A stretch of DNA of 63,583 nt, counting the filler, from Saprolegnia diclina VS20 (lineage: Eukaryota), in assembly GCF_000281045.1 (NCBI RefSeq). It is 5 parts of 2 records of this genome, joined end to end, with 100 filler letters (N's around TTAATTAATTAA, not from the genome) between each part and the next. Parts side by side here need not be neighbours in the genome. Positions count along the whole stretch, not along the records: positions 1 to 19,596 come from NW_008246098.1; 4 more parts are not named here. One strand, given 5' to 3'. Within the stretch, counting starts at the first letter, position 1, and every line of letters begins with the position of its first letter. The position numbers and the translations under genes were made by a program. The notes beneath the pieces are model-generated. The model was not told where the DNA came from. It ran no database searches and saw nothing but the letters and a program-made list of their open reading frames with translations. Shown here in pieces: positions 9,840 through 19,696 of this stretch.

Positions 9840-11188
9840 TTAGAGACGCAATCCACACTGGTGACGGTCGGCGCGTGGAGTCAGCGCGTCGATCACGAAT
9901 TTGCCCATCGTTGCTGGCAGCGTCTCGAGCACAAATGGGACGTCGTGGACGCGTGCTAGTGCCCGACAGGTCGCGCGCTTTTCCGCTTCGTCGTTGGGCC
10001 GTCCGAGGGTCGTCAAGGCGAGGAGGCGGAGGTGGCGGCCCGCAGCAACGAGCTCCGCGAGTACGAGCATCACATCCAGCAGACACATCGAGAGGGTGAG
10101 TGTCGTCATGTGGGGTAATCCCAAGACGCCAGTGAGAGCAGCGGTGGCCCCGTCGCGCGTCAGATAATGATCGTCGACATGGAGACTCTCGAGATGTGGG
10201 CACGTCGTCGCAAGCGTCTGCATGAGCAGCTTCCGTCTACGCTGAGCGACTGCAGTTGTGCGAGCATCGGCGCCGCGCCTGGGCACGTCGCGAGCTGGCT
10301 CACGACGCTGCAGTCGAGGCGCTCGAGCTGCGTGTGGGCGACGGCGGTCGCAAGCTCTTCCAGCGTGGCGTTGTCGACGACTCGGTGAAAGGCCACGTTC
10401 CAGTTCAAGGTCTTCAACGACACTGGGAGCGTGCGGCCAAGGAAGCCACCGAGGCTGGAAACGTTGTGGATGACGAGCTTTGTCAGCGTCGTGTTGGCTT
10501 GCAGCGCATCGCAGAACGCAATCGTCGGCGTCCATGGCCGTGGCATTGACCAGATCGAGGTTTAGAGCCAAGAAGCCAAGAGATGGCCGAGTCGCGGTGT
10601 CGCGATCGCAAACTCGAGGTTGAGGTACGAGTCGCGGACATGCGGGTGGGCGATGACAGCGAGCGCATCGTTGAGCTCGCCAAGCGCGTTCGCCATGCGG
10701 GGAACAACGTGCATGGCGACGTAGCGCAGACGCGGGCAGCGCTGCAAGAGGAGCTCGTTGATTGCTTGGGCTTGGCCATCCGCCACACTGGTGCTACCAA
10801 AATGGAGAGTGACATAGCTGAGCGACGGGCCAAGGACGGCGACGAGCGAGACCAGTGATGCTGCGTCGAGGATCGGCCACTCAATATGGATGCGGGGCTG
10901 TAGCGGCAGCGTCGCTGCGAGCAGCGCCATGACCGAAGGTGGCAACCTCTTTTGTTGCAGCAGAATGTACGGCCAATAAGTAATGACCGAAGATGGCATG
11001 ACCGTGATGCACTCGAGAAAGGCCGCGAGCGCCGGCGTCCAGAGAGATGGAGGCACCACGTGCACGAAGTTCTCAAAGTCAGTATAGTTACTCAAGCTCG
11101 TGGCGATGGCCTCGACGACGTGCGGAAGGGCGAGCGCGTGTGGCGGCGTCGGCCGACCCGCCGTGGCCTGGTGTTCGGAGTTGCTCAT
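9840..11188 (-). pseudogene. LRR family II paralogue, frameshifted
   Basis: The N-terminal 208 aa stop after LASWL and the remainder continues in two other frames. There are small deletions and a ~100-nt deletion relative to 12123-13601. Confidence 0.8.
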
Positions 11189-12122
11189 TTTGGCGTGTCT
11201 GGATCCGGATGCGCTATCGGATTGGCGGAAATTCGGTTGGAGCGATCAATTCAGCCATCTACAAACGCTGGCACCGTCTTGTCGACAGCGATCTCGGGTT
11301 CAACACCATAGATGCGCTGCATGAGCAAGGGCAAACTCGACCTTCTATGGGTCCCGAGTAGCTTTCGCCTGGTAAGTTACGAGGCGAAAGCTGTATTGCT
11401 GGCGTTGGATTGGACCCACCTGCTCTGGACCTAGCTTTTCCACCAATCCACGCTCAAATCCGGATACTGGTCCGATTCTTTCAACCTTTCGAATTGATGG
11501 CGCACAGCGACAACGGCGCACCGCTCCGGGTCACGGCCTCCGGTGCATTGTGCCGACAAGAAGGTCAAGCGCGCGATCGACCCGGCGCGAGTCAACGACG
11601 TCCCGTGTGTTGTCGAGAAGGAGCTGCGAGACGATGTCGATAACTTGGAGTGGAGCGCGCTGGGTCCGCACACCGACCATGGCGACAGTTGGCGCGCATG
11701 TTCATGTTGACACATTGATACTTTTCCGCGTTGGCTACGTGGCAGCATGGCAAACTTTCGTTTTTTGAAAGGTCGGTGCCGCTCGACGATAGCGGTACGG
11801 AGTCGGATGGCGACACCATCATGAACGCTTGCACAATACAAGTGGCTATATTGAATATTACTACGTAGTACAGTGTGCTTGGGCTATACTAGTCGACGGA
11901 AGGACGTCGCATGTGTGAGTGTCATATCGTGGGCTAACACGATCACCGCTCGACGCCGCGAGGACACTCGCTTAAGAAAACTCAGACCAGCAAGGTTCGA
12001 GCCCCATACGTGTTGTCGATTCTTGATATTTTGCCATTGGGATTGGCGCGACATGATGGTTTTTCACAAAGTCATCACTTGCACAAAACTAGAAACACAT
12101 TGGCTAAACTTAATGCATTTGC

Positions 12123-13601
12123 TTAGAGAATCAAGTCGCACTGGTGACAACGATCGGCGCATGGACTGAGCGCGTCGGCAACAAAGTTGTCCATGTCCTT
12201 TGGCATACTCTGAAGCACAAAGGGGACATCGTGGGCTTGCGTCAGCGCCTGGTAGATCGCGCGCCTCTCCAAGTCGCCCTCGGGTCGTCGCAAGATGCTC
12301 AAGTCGAGGTAGTGGAGGTGGCGACCCGCGGCAGCGAGCGCAGGAAACAGGTTCAACACATCGGAAAGACGCATGGGTAGGATCAGCGACGTCAAGTATG
12401 GTAGTCGCACCACGCCAGACAGCACGGCTGTAAACCCATTGGACGTCAAATGCCTATCGATGACAACCAGCGCCCCGAGACGTACACACTTCGTCGCGAG
12501 CGTCTCCATGAGCAGCTCGGCCGACAAAGAGAGGATGCAATCGTGGAGCGAGAGAGTCGTTAGCGCTGGGGCCGCCGGTAAGCCCGCTATCAAAGCCCCC
12601 ATTTCGTCAGCGTTCAACTCGGAGACCATGAGGCACTGGAGTCGTTCAAGCATTGGCGCCGCGGCCCGGTATTTTGCCAGCCGACCAAAGACGCTGCAGT
12701 CGAGGCGCTTGAGGCGCGTGGGCCCGACGGCGGTCGCGAGGTCGGTCACTGTTTGGTCGACAACTCTGTAGCACACACCCCATGTCAAGGTCTCCAAGGA
12801 CACTGGAAGCGTGCGACCGTGGAAGCCGCCGAGACTCGGGACGTTGCTGACTACAAGCTCTTGAAGGGTTGAGTTGGTTTGTAGCGCATTGCAGAACGCA
12901 ATTACGCCATCGGCGTCCATTGCCGAGACATTGGACATGTTGAGCTTCGTCGCCGGCGCCGTCGAGAGCCAAGAAGCCAAGTGATGGCCCAGTCGCGGCG
13001 CACCGGTTGCCCGCTGCAGGTTGATATACAAGTCGTGGACATGCGGGTGGGCGACGACTGCAAGCAGGTCGTTGAGCTCAATCATGTCGGTCGTCGGGCT
13101 GGATCCCACGAAGATCGACACGTGGCGCAGACGCGGGCAGCGCTGCAAGAGAAGGTTGCTGATGGCTTTGCCTCGGCCATCGATCGTGCGGTCGCTCAAA
13201 ATACAAAGCTCGACCCCACTGAGCGCAGGTCCAAGGACGTCGATGAGCCGGGCCAGTGGCGCTGCGTCGCCGACCGGGTACAATAGCTCCATGCGCGGAT
13301 GCAGCGGCAGCGTCGCCGCAAGCCGCGCCAAGACTGAAGGCGGCAAGTCTATGTCGTGCAGCTCAATGTGCGGCCAGTTGGCGCGGACCGAGGATGGCAT
13401 GACCGTCTTGCAGTCGAGAAATGCCGTGAGCGCCGGCGTCCAGAGAGATGGAGGCACCGCTACGAGGAAGCTCTCAAGGTCCTGGTGGTTGCCACAGCTC
13501 GTGGCGATGGCCTCGACGACATGCGGAAGAGCGAGTGCGTCTAGCGGCGTCGCACGGGTGGCCTTTTGCTTGTTGTCGGGCATTTCGGTTTGTGCTTGCA
13601 T
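12123..13601 (-). CDS. LRR family II protein (F-box-like cap + RNI-like repeats), intact
   Basis: 492-aa ORF with cap LPHVVEAIATS...DLESFLVAVPPSLWTPAL...WP, then CPRLRHV, ALQTNSTLQEL and a Cys-containing tail RCHQC. Confidence 0.88.
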   Translation of the reverse strand: MQAQTEMPDNKQKATRATPLDALALPHVVEAIATSCGNHQDLESFLVAVPPSLWTPALTAFLDCKTVMPSSVRANWPHIELHDIDLPPSVLARLAATLPLHPRMELLYPVGDAAPLARLIDVLGPALSGVELCILSDRTIDGRGKAISNLLLQRCPRLRHVSIFVGSSPTTDMIELNDLLAVVAHPHVHDLYINLQRATGAPRLGHHLASWLSTAPATKLNMSNVSAMDADGVIAFCNALQTNSTLQELVVSNVPSLGGFHGRTLPVSLETLTWGVCYRVVDQTVTDLATAVGPTRLKRLDCSVFGRLAKYRAAAPMLERLQCLMVSELNADEMGALIAGLPAAPALTTLSLHDCILSLSAELLMETLATKCVRLGALVVIDRHLTSNGFTAVLSGVVRLPYLTSLILPMRLSDVLNLFPALAAAGRHLHYLDLSILRRPEGDLERRAIYQALTQAHDVPFVLQSMPKDMDNFVADALSPCADRCHQCDLIL

Positions 13602-14027
13602 GGGTCATACATATCGATGGTGCTTGCCAGAGTATTTTTTTCTTTGGTCCCGATTTTGGCGATATATTATCAATTGGTCGCTGACTTTTTGCCAATATTA
13701 TCACTTGGAACCCAATATTATCACTTGGTTCCCAAGCCATTTGATTGACCAAAATGGTCCAACTAATCAAAGCCGAGTGGACAGAATCATAGTAATTCCG
13801 GCAGCCATCTTGGTTGTGCGCTTCTAAATTTTATATCCGGATACGCGATCGGATTGGCAGAAAGTTCGTACTCAACAGCCAATCCAACGCAAGCAAACGC
13901 GATCTTGCGGCCGACTCTGCAAAAGCAGATCGTTTGATCGGGGCTGGTTACCACCTAAGTCTACAGTACTTGATACGAGGATAACATATGAGTTTTCACG
14001 TTGCTCCTGTTCGTAGTAAGTTGGTGT

Positions 14028-15514
14028 TTAAAACATAGCCAAGTCGCACAACTGGTCGTGATCAGCGTGCGGACTAAGCGCGTCGACCACGAAGGCGTCG
14101 ATGTCATCTGGGAGCTCGTGGACGACAAACGGGACATTTGGCATGCGCGCCAGCGTCCGCAAAATCGAGCGCTGGCTCGTAACGTCGTCGGCGTAATTCA
14201 ACTCGGACGATGTTTCCAAGTAGAGACATTTGAGTTGGCGACCCGCGGCAACAAGCTCGGGCAGCACGCGCTCGACGTCGGAGAGGCGTACCGGCACCGT
14301 TAGCGTCGTCAACTGCGGCAGTTGCAGCACGCCAGAAAGAACGATCGCGAGGCTCTCACTGGTCAAGTCGTCGTTTGCGTCGATGCGCAATGTCGTGAGA
14401 TGAGCGCACGCCGTCGCCAGCGACGCCATGAGAGGTGCTGGAGGGCGCACCAAGGTCAAGTCGCTTATTCAAATGTCGAGAGATGAGAGCGCCGGGACCG
14501 ACGACAAGCCCGCGATCGCTCTCTGCATCGCGTCGTCAGCTACTTGGTTAACGCAGAGGGACCGCAGTCGCGATAGCATCGGCGCCGCGGCCGGACATGT
14601 CGCCAGCTGGCCAAAGACATTACATTCGAGATGGTTGAGATGCGTATGGCCGATAGCTGTCGCAAGGTCCGTCACTGTTGCGTCATCGACGACTCTGTTG
14701 AAGAACGCATTGTACTTGAGCCACTTTAACGTAGCTGGGAGCATACGACCGTGAAAGCCACCGAGATTGGGGACGTCGTCGATCGAGAGCTTTCGAAGGG
14801 TCGAGTTGGCTTGCAGTGCATCGCACAATGCGATGGCCCCATCGTGGTCCATCTGGGCGACGTTGATCACTCTGAGCTTCGTCGCCGGCGCCGTCGAGAG
14901 CCAAGAAGCCAACAGATGCCCGAGTCGCGGCGTGGCAGTCACGTACTGCAGGTCGATGAATAACTCTTGGACAAACGGGTGGGCGACGACTGCAAGCAGA
15001 TTGTTGAGCTCAATCAGTTTGTTCTCTAAAATAGACAAGGCGCGGATGGTCACTCGGCGCAGACGCGGGCAGCGCTGCAAGAAGAGGTCGCTGATCGCTC
15101 GGCCTTGGCCATCGACCAAGCTGTCGCTGTTGAAATCGAGAATGACGCTGCTCAGCGACGGGCCAAGGTTGGCGACGAGCGAGGCGAGTGGCGCCGCATC
15201 TCGGATCCGACGCTCAATCTCGATGTGGGGACGCAGCGGCAGCGTCGCCACGAGCAGCGCCAGGACCGAAAGCGGCAAGTCCATGCTGGCCAGCACAATT
15301 CGCGGCCACTCGGCCCTGACCATGGATGGCATGGCCGTCGGGACGTCGAGAAAGGCCGTGAGCGCCGGCGTCCAGAGCGATCGCGGTACCGCTACGAGGA
15401 AGCTTTCAAGGTCCTGGTGGCTGCTCAGGATCGTAGCAATGGCCTCGATGACGTGCGGAAGCGTGACCGCGTGTGGCGGCGTCGGCCGACCCGCCTTGGT
15501 CTCGCGTTGCCCAT
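14028..15514 (-). pseudogene. LRR family II paralogue with a frameshift after the ATG and an in-frame TGA
   Basis: The homologous AAAATG (15514) is out of frame with the body. TGA at 14471-14469 aligns with Arg in the 16652-18151 paralogue, and the frame continues to 14028. Confidence 0.82.
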
Positions 15515-15519
15515 TTTGA

Positions 15520-16270
15520 CTTGGCTGCACGCGTATCCGGATGCGCAATCTGATTGACGAAAATTCGGTTGGAGGGTTCAACTAACAAACACTGGCACCG
15601 TGTTGTCGACAGCGACCTCAGGTTCAACACGGTGGATTGTGCTGCTCGAGAAAGGGCGCCTTCGATTTTCTACAGTGTCAAATTCTCGGGACCCACCATT
15701 GTCCATTGCCCAAATTTCTTTTGCCGGGCGCAAACCAAGTCGTTGCTGGCGTTGGATTGGCCAAGCTTTTCCACCAATCCGCTCTCAAATCCGGATACCG
15801 AAATGACTTTGAGAAGCCGACCTGTTGCACCGCTCCAAGTCACAGCTCCCGGTGCACGAGTGGCCGCGCCAGCACCTTGTCCCGCGGATCGCGCTCGTGC
15901 TTCCGCCGGCCTAGATCAAGATCAACACCAGTACCTACACAACGAAGAAAGTCCGACAATTTTATTTCGCGTAGATTTACGTACTAGTATCAATTTAAAT
16001 AGACGACCCACTTCAACAACAGCTCCCGGTGCACTGTGCGGACGACCAAGCGCATGATCTCCCCGGTGCGAGTCGACGACGCCCCGTGCTTGTCGACGAG
16101 ACGCTATGTCGATGACTGTTGTGCGGGACGCACGGGGTCTGCTCGGGCGAATGTTGGCGCTTGCATGCTACAATTTGAAACATTGATATTTTCCATTTGG
16201 GGAACGTCATGACAGGGGACGTCGATGCCGCGCTGCGATAGCCGGTGATGGTCGCGTATGCACAATACAC
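15520..16270. repeat. Duplicated upstream non-coding block (other copy ~11195-11835)
   Basis: Colinear shared words include aaattcggttggag, ctggcaccgt..tgtcgacagcga, gttcaacac, ttgctggcgttggattgg, gcgagtcracgacg and tgcacaataca. Confidence 0.8.
15842..16034. mobile_element. 161-bp insertion flanked by a 16-bp direct repeat (TSD-like)
   Basis: ACAGCTCCCGGTGCAC occurs at 15842-15857 and 16019-16034. The paralogous block near 11534 has one copy and no insert. Confidence 0.55.
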
Positions 16271-16651
16271 TATATCGTTGGTGTCATTGTCGATAGAATG
16301 AGACTATCGTTTGGGCAGAGCCACGTCCTACTATCGTTGGCGTAAATGACTCGAGCTCAATGGCACCGCCGCCACCGTCGAGAGCTACACGCAGTAGAAG
16401 ACGAGGTGGGAAGCGCATTGAGTTGCAACCCATCGACTGCTGTACCGTGTCTCGTGTACTAGTGCAGCGATGCGAGCTTGTTGTTGAAATGAGTTAATAT
16501 ATATATGTATAAACGTGTTTCGCGTTCTTATGCAAACAGAGACTAGCAATCCCTCTCTTGTTCATTCGCTGGCCGGGCCGTGGCTGCGCAGGCGGCAGCG
16601 CGGGGGCCAACAAATAAAAAAAAGGACCGAGTATTGCTGGCCCGATCGCCG

Positions 16652-18151
16652 TCACCAGTACCAGTGCAGTTCGCACTGGTGACAGCGATCGGCGCGCGGA
16701 CCAAGCGCGTCGATCACGAATTGGTCCATGTTCTTTGGCAGCGTGGCGGCCACAAATGGAACGTCGTGGACTTGCGCAAGCGCTCGGAAGATCGCGCGCA
16801 TCCCCAGGTTGAGAATGTCGTCGGCGTCGTCGTCGGCGTCCGACCACGCGGCCGTCAAGGTGAGGTCGCGGAGGTGGCGACCAGCGGCAATGAGCGCTGG
16901 AAGTATGTGCAGCACATCTGACAGACGCATCGACAACGTCAGCGATGTCAACTGCAGCAATCGAGTGACTCCAATAATAACAGCGGAGGCGTCGTCCCGA
17001 GTCAAATCGTGATCCGAGACATCGAGCCGCACGAGATGCACGCACGTCGTCGCAAGCGTCTTCATGAGCAGCCTCGTCGACGACGAGAGGTTGCAGTTGC
17101 GAAGCGTGAGAGATATCAGCACCGGGACCGACGACAAGCCCGCAAGCAACGATGTTATGTCGCCGACATCCAACGAGCTGACAGTGAGCATCTGCAGTTG
17201 TGCGAGCATTGGCGCCGCGGCCGGGCAAGTCGCGAGCCAGCAAAAGACATTGCAGTCGAATTGTTCGAGGTGCGTGGGCCCGACGGCGGTCGCGAGGTCT
17301 GTCAGTGTGACGACATTGATGACACGATTGAATCTAACATTCCACGTCAAGGTCTTCAACGACACGGGGAGCGTGCGACCATGGAAGCCGCCGAGGGCAC
17401 TTGCGTTGCGGATGCTTAAATTGGTCAGCGTCGTGTTGGCTTGCAGCGCATCGCAGAACGCGATGACACCATCGTGGTCCAAGGCCGTGGCATTTTCCAG
17501 AAGGAGTTCCCGGCTCGGCGCTGTCAAGAGCCATGTGGCCAAGAGATGCCCGAGTCGCGGTGTGGCAGTTGCGCGACGCAGGTTGATAGTCATATCTTCG
17601 ACATGCGGGTGGGCAGCGACTGCAAGCAAATCGTTGAGCTCAATAATCTCGGCTGCCGTCGTGGGCTCTTCGCAGATGACCACTCGGCGTAGACGTGGGC
17701 AACGCTGCAAGAAGAGGTTGCTGATCGCGTGGCCTTGGCCATTGACCGTGCGGTTGCTCGAAAAAAGCAGCGTGACGTCGCTGAGCGCAGGTCCGAGGAC
17801 GGCGATAAGCGAGGCCAGTGACGCTGCATCCCAGTCCGTGCGGCGCAGTACCATACGTGGACGCAGCGGTAGCATCGCCGCGAGCAGCGTCAAGACCGAA
17901 GGCGACAACTCCACGTCGGTCAGCTTGATGCGCGGCCAGTTGACACTGACCGTTGATGGCTTCTCCGTGTGGCAGTCGAGAAAAGCTACGAGCGCCGGCG
18001 TCCAAAGCGATCGTGGCACTGCGCGAAGAAAACTTTCAAAGTCTTCTTGGTTGATCGAGCACGTAGCAATCGCCTCAATGACGTGCGGAAGCATGAGCGC
18101 GTCGGGTGGCGACATGCGGGCGGCCTGGGGCGTGCGTTCTTCGTCGGCCAT
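16652..18151 (-). CDS. LRR family II protein, intact
   Basis: 499 aa from CCAAAATG (MADEERTP); colinear with 12123-13601. Confidence 0.88.
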   Translation of the reverse strand: MADEERTPQAARMSPPDALMLPHVIEAIATCSINQEDFESFLRAVPRSLWTPALVAFLDCHTEKPSTVSVNWPRIKLTDVELSPSVLTLLAAMLPLRPRMVLRRTDWDAASLASLIAVLGPALSDVTLLFSSNRTVNGQGHAISNLFLQRCPRLRRVVICEEPTTAAEIIELNDLLAVAAHPHVEDMTINLRRATATPRLGHLLATWLLTAPSRELLLENATALDHDGVIAFCDALQANTTLTNLSIRNASALGGFHGRTLPVSLKTLTWNVRFNRVINVVTLTDLATAVGPTHLEQFDCNVFCWLATCPAAAPMLAQLQMLTVSSLDVGDITSLLAGLSSVPVLISLTLRNCNLSSSTRLLMKTLATTCVHLVRLDVSDHDLTRDDASAVIIGVTRLLQLTSLTLSMRLSDVLHILPALIAAGRHLRDLTLTAAWSDADDDADDILNLGMRAIFRALAQVHDVPFVAATLPKNMDQFVIDALGPRADRCHQCELHWYW

Positions 18152-18421
18152 TTTGGTCTCTTCGCAGCTTGCCGAGTCGCTCAAGCTTGCGCCTTTCAAC
18201 GGGCATATCCGCTTCTAACATTTGTATCCGGAGACGAGATCGGATTGGTTCAGCTCGTGGTCCAGTAGCCAATCCCGTGCAAGCCAGAGAACCCGAGCCC
18301 TTCCACAACGATGCCGAGTCGAAAGGCGGCGCGTGTCGCTCAAATGCACTTGCACCACAGCCTCGTTCAAAAGCCCGGGCAGATGTCTCTCCGTCGCCTT
18401 CTCCGGCTCCTCGCTCAACTC

Positions 18422-18546
18422 GAGTGGCCGAGTCAGCACCTTGTCCCGCGGATCGCGCTCGTGCCTCCGCCGGCCTAGATCAAGATCAACACCAGTACCT
18501 ACACAACGGAGAAAGTCCGACAATTTTATTTCGCATAGATTTACGT
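18422..18546 (+). repeat. Near-identical second copy of the first ~125 bp of the 15858-16018 insert
   Basis: gagtggccg...cagcaccttgtcccgcggatcgcgctcgtg...tagatttacgt, with only a few mismatches. Confidence 0.9.
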
Positions 18547-19064
18547 CAAGGGATCCGCCTAGTACCGCTGTAGCATGGGACGTAGTCTAGCTTCTTGGCC
18601 CGATGCATTGTCCCAGTCTCAAACCACGAAATCCCACTGGCAGAAGGTCGCTGGCTCGGCGATCGAGGTTACGATGATACATTCCTTCTCGGTGCAAAGC
18701 CAGTCTGTGAGAGCCAGCGACCACACCACTCCACTCGTAGACCAACCACACGAGCATCGACATCGTCGGGTAGCGCTTTCGCGACAAACAGGACGGTAAC
18801 GTCTTTCAAAAGTCGACCTCCCTACATCTCTTCTTTGTTTTTATGAGGCACGTTTGTTAGTTCCCCACAATGTATGCGGCAGTCGTCACAGGACGGCGCC
18901 GTAACCCTAACCCTGGATCTCATGGCTGCCGTGCAAGCGACTTTGCTGTGGACGAGATACGATCTGACGCAAGAGCTTCCATGCCATTATGCTGGGTCGT
19001 GCACAAAAATGTTACACGAAATATACACACGATCTCCTCTACCGCTGGCAGACAGGACGACGGC

Positions 19065-19487
19065 TTACGCCAGGTCGGTCCAGGCGCGATAAGCTTGCGG
19101 TAACGCCTCGACCAAGCATGTCTGGCGACGCGGCAGATCCGCAAGGAGCGCGTCGACGACCCGAGAATCGTCGTCGGAGTCGATGGTACCACGGGCGTCG
19201 ATCAACGTCGTCGTGTTGAGTTCCACATACGTCCACGCCCGCAACAGAAACATGAGCCCTGTTGCGCCCAGTGAGTTGCTGCACAAGCGCCGCGTTGCCA
19301 GTCGTGGCAGATGCGGCAAGAGGCCACTCAGCGCCATGATGCCACTCGTCTTGATATCGTTGCAGCTAATGTCCAATGTGCGAAGTCGCGGTGTGTGCAC
19401 CTGCGCCGACGCGAGCGCCGACGCGCCAACGTCACCAAAACCATCTTGGTCAATTCTGTGGTGGCTTCCGCGGTGCAACGCAAACAA
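19065..19487 (-). pseudogene. C-terminal fragment of an RNI-like LRR gene
   Basis: FGDVGASALA, LRTLDISCNDIKTSG, LCSNSLGATG. No N-terminus is present and it lies next to a contig end. Confidence 0.6.
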
Positions 19488-19640
19488 CGCAGCGAGGGGA
19501 GAGCCATTTCCCAGGAAGCAGGCAGTTGTATTGTGTTACGCCACGAAGGCAGATTGGGAACTGAGACTATGGAGGCCAGCGTTGTGGATAGAACGANNNN
19601 NNNNNNNNNNNNNNNNNNNNNNNNNNNNNNNNNNNNNNNN

Positions 19641-19652
19641 TTAATTAATTAA
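19641..19652. other. Artificial assembly linker TTAATTAATTAA within a 100-nt N spacer (also 47877-47888, 59987-59998, 62328-62339)
   Basis: The same 12-mer with stops in all six frames sits between 44 N and 44 N at four places. Confidence 0.95.
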
Positions 19653-19696
19653 NNNNNNNNNNNNNNNNNNNNNNNNNNNNNNNNNNNNNNNNNNNN

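Noticed and set aside
14469..14471. In-frame TGA as selenocysteine or readthrough
   Set aside because: Aligns with Arg rather than Cys, and the same copy also has a 5' frameshift; simple nonsense mutation.
13021..18218. Long antisense ORFs over real genes (13021-13827, 14767-15519, 17064-18218; likewise 23467-24750, 29644-30714, 43959-45284, 55377-56501)
   Set aside because: Shadow frames expected from GC-rich codon bias; no recognisable motifs.
18902..18914. TAACCCTAACCCT telomere-like seed (also ~27500)
   Set aside because: Only two units; the 27500 instance is an intron branch site.
19641..19652. Recurrent TTAATTAATTAA palindrome as a biological site (piggyBac TTAA target or regulatory element)
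   Set aside because: Always centred in a 44N+12+44N spacer, so it is an artificial six-frame-stop linker.
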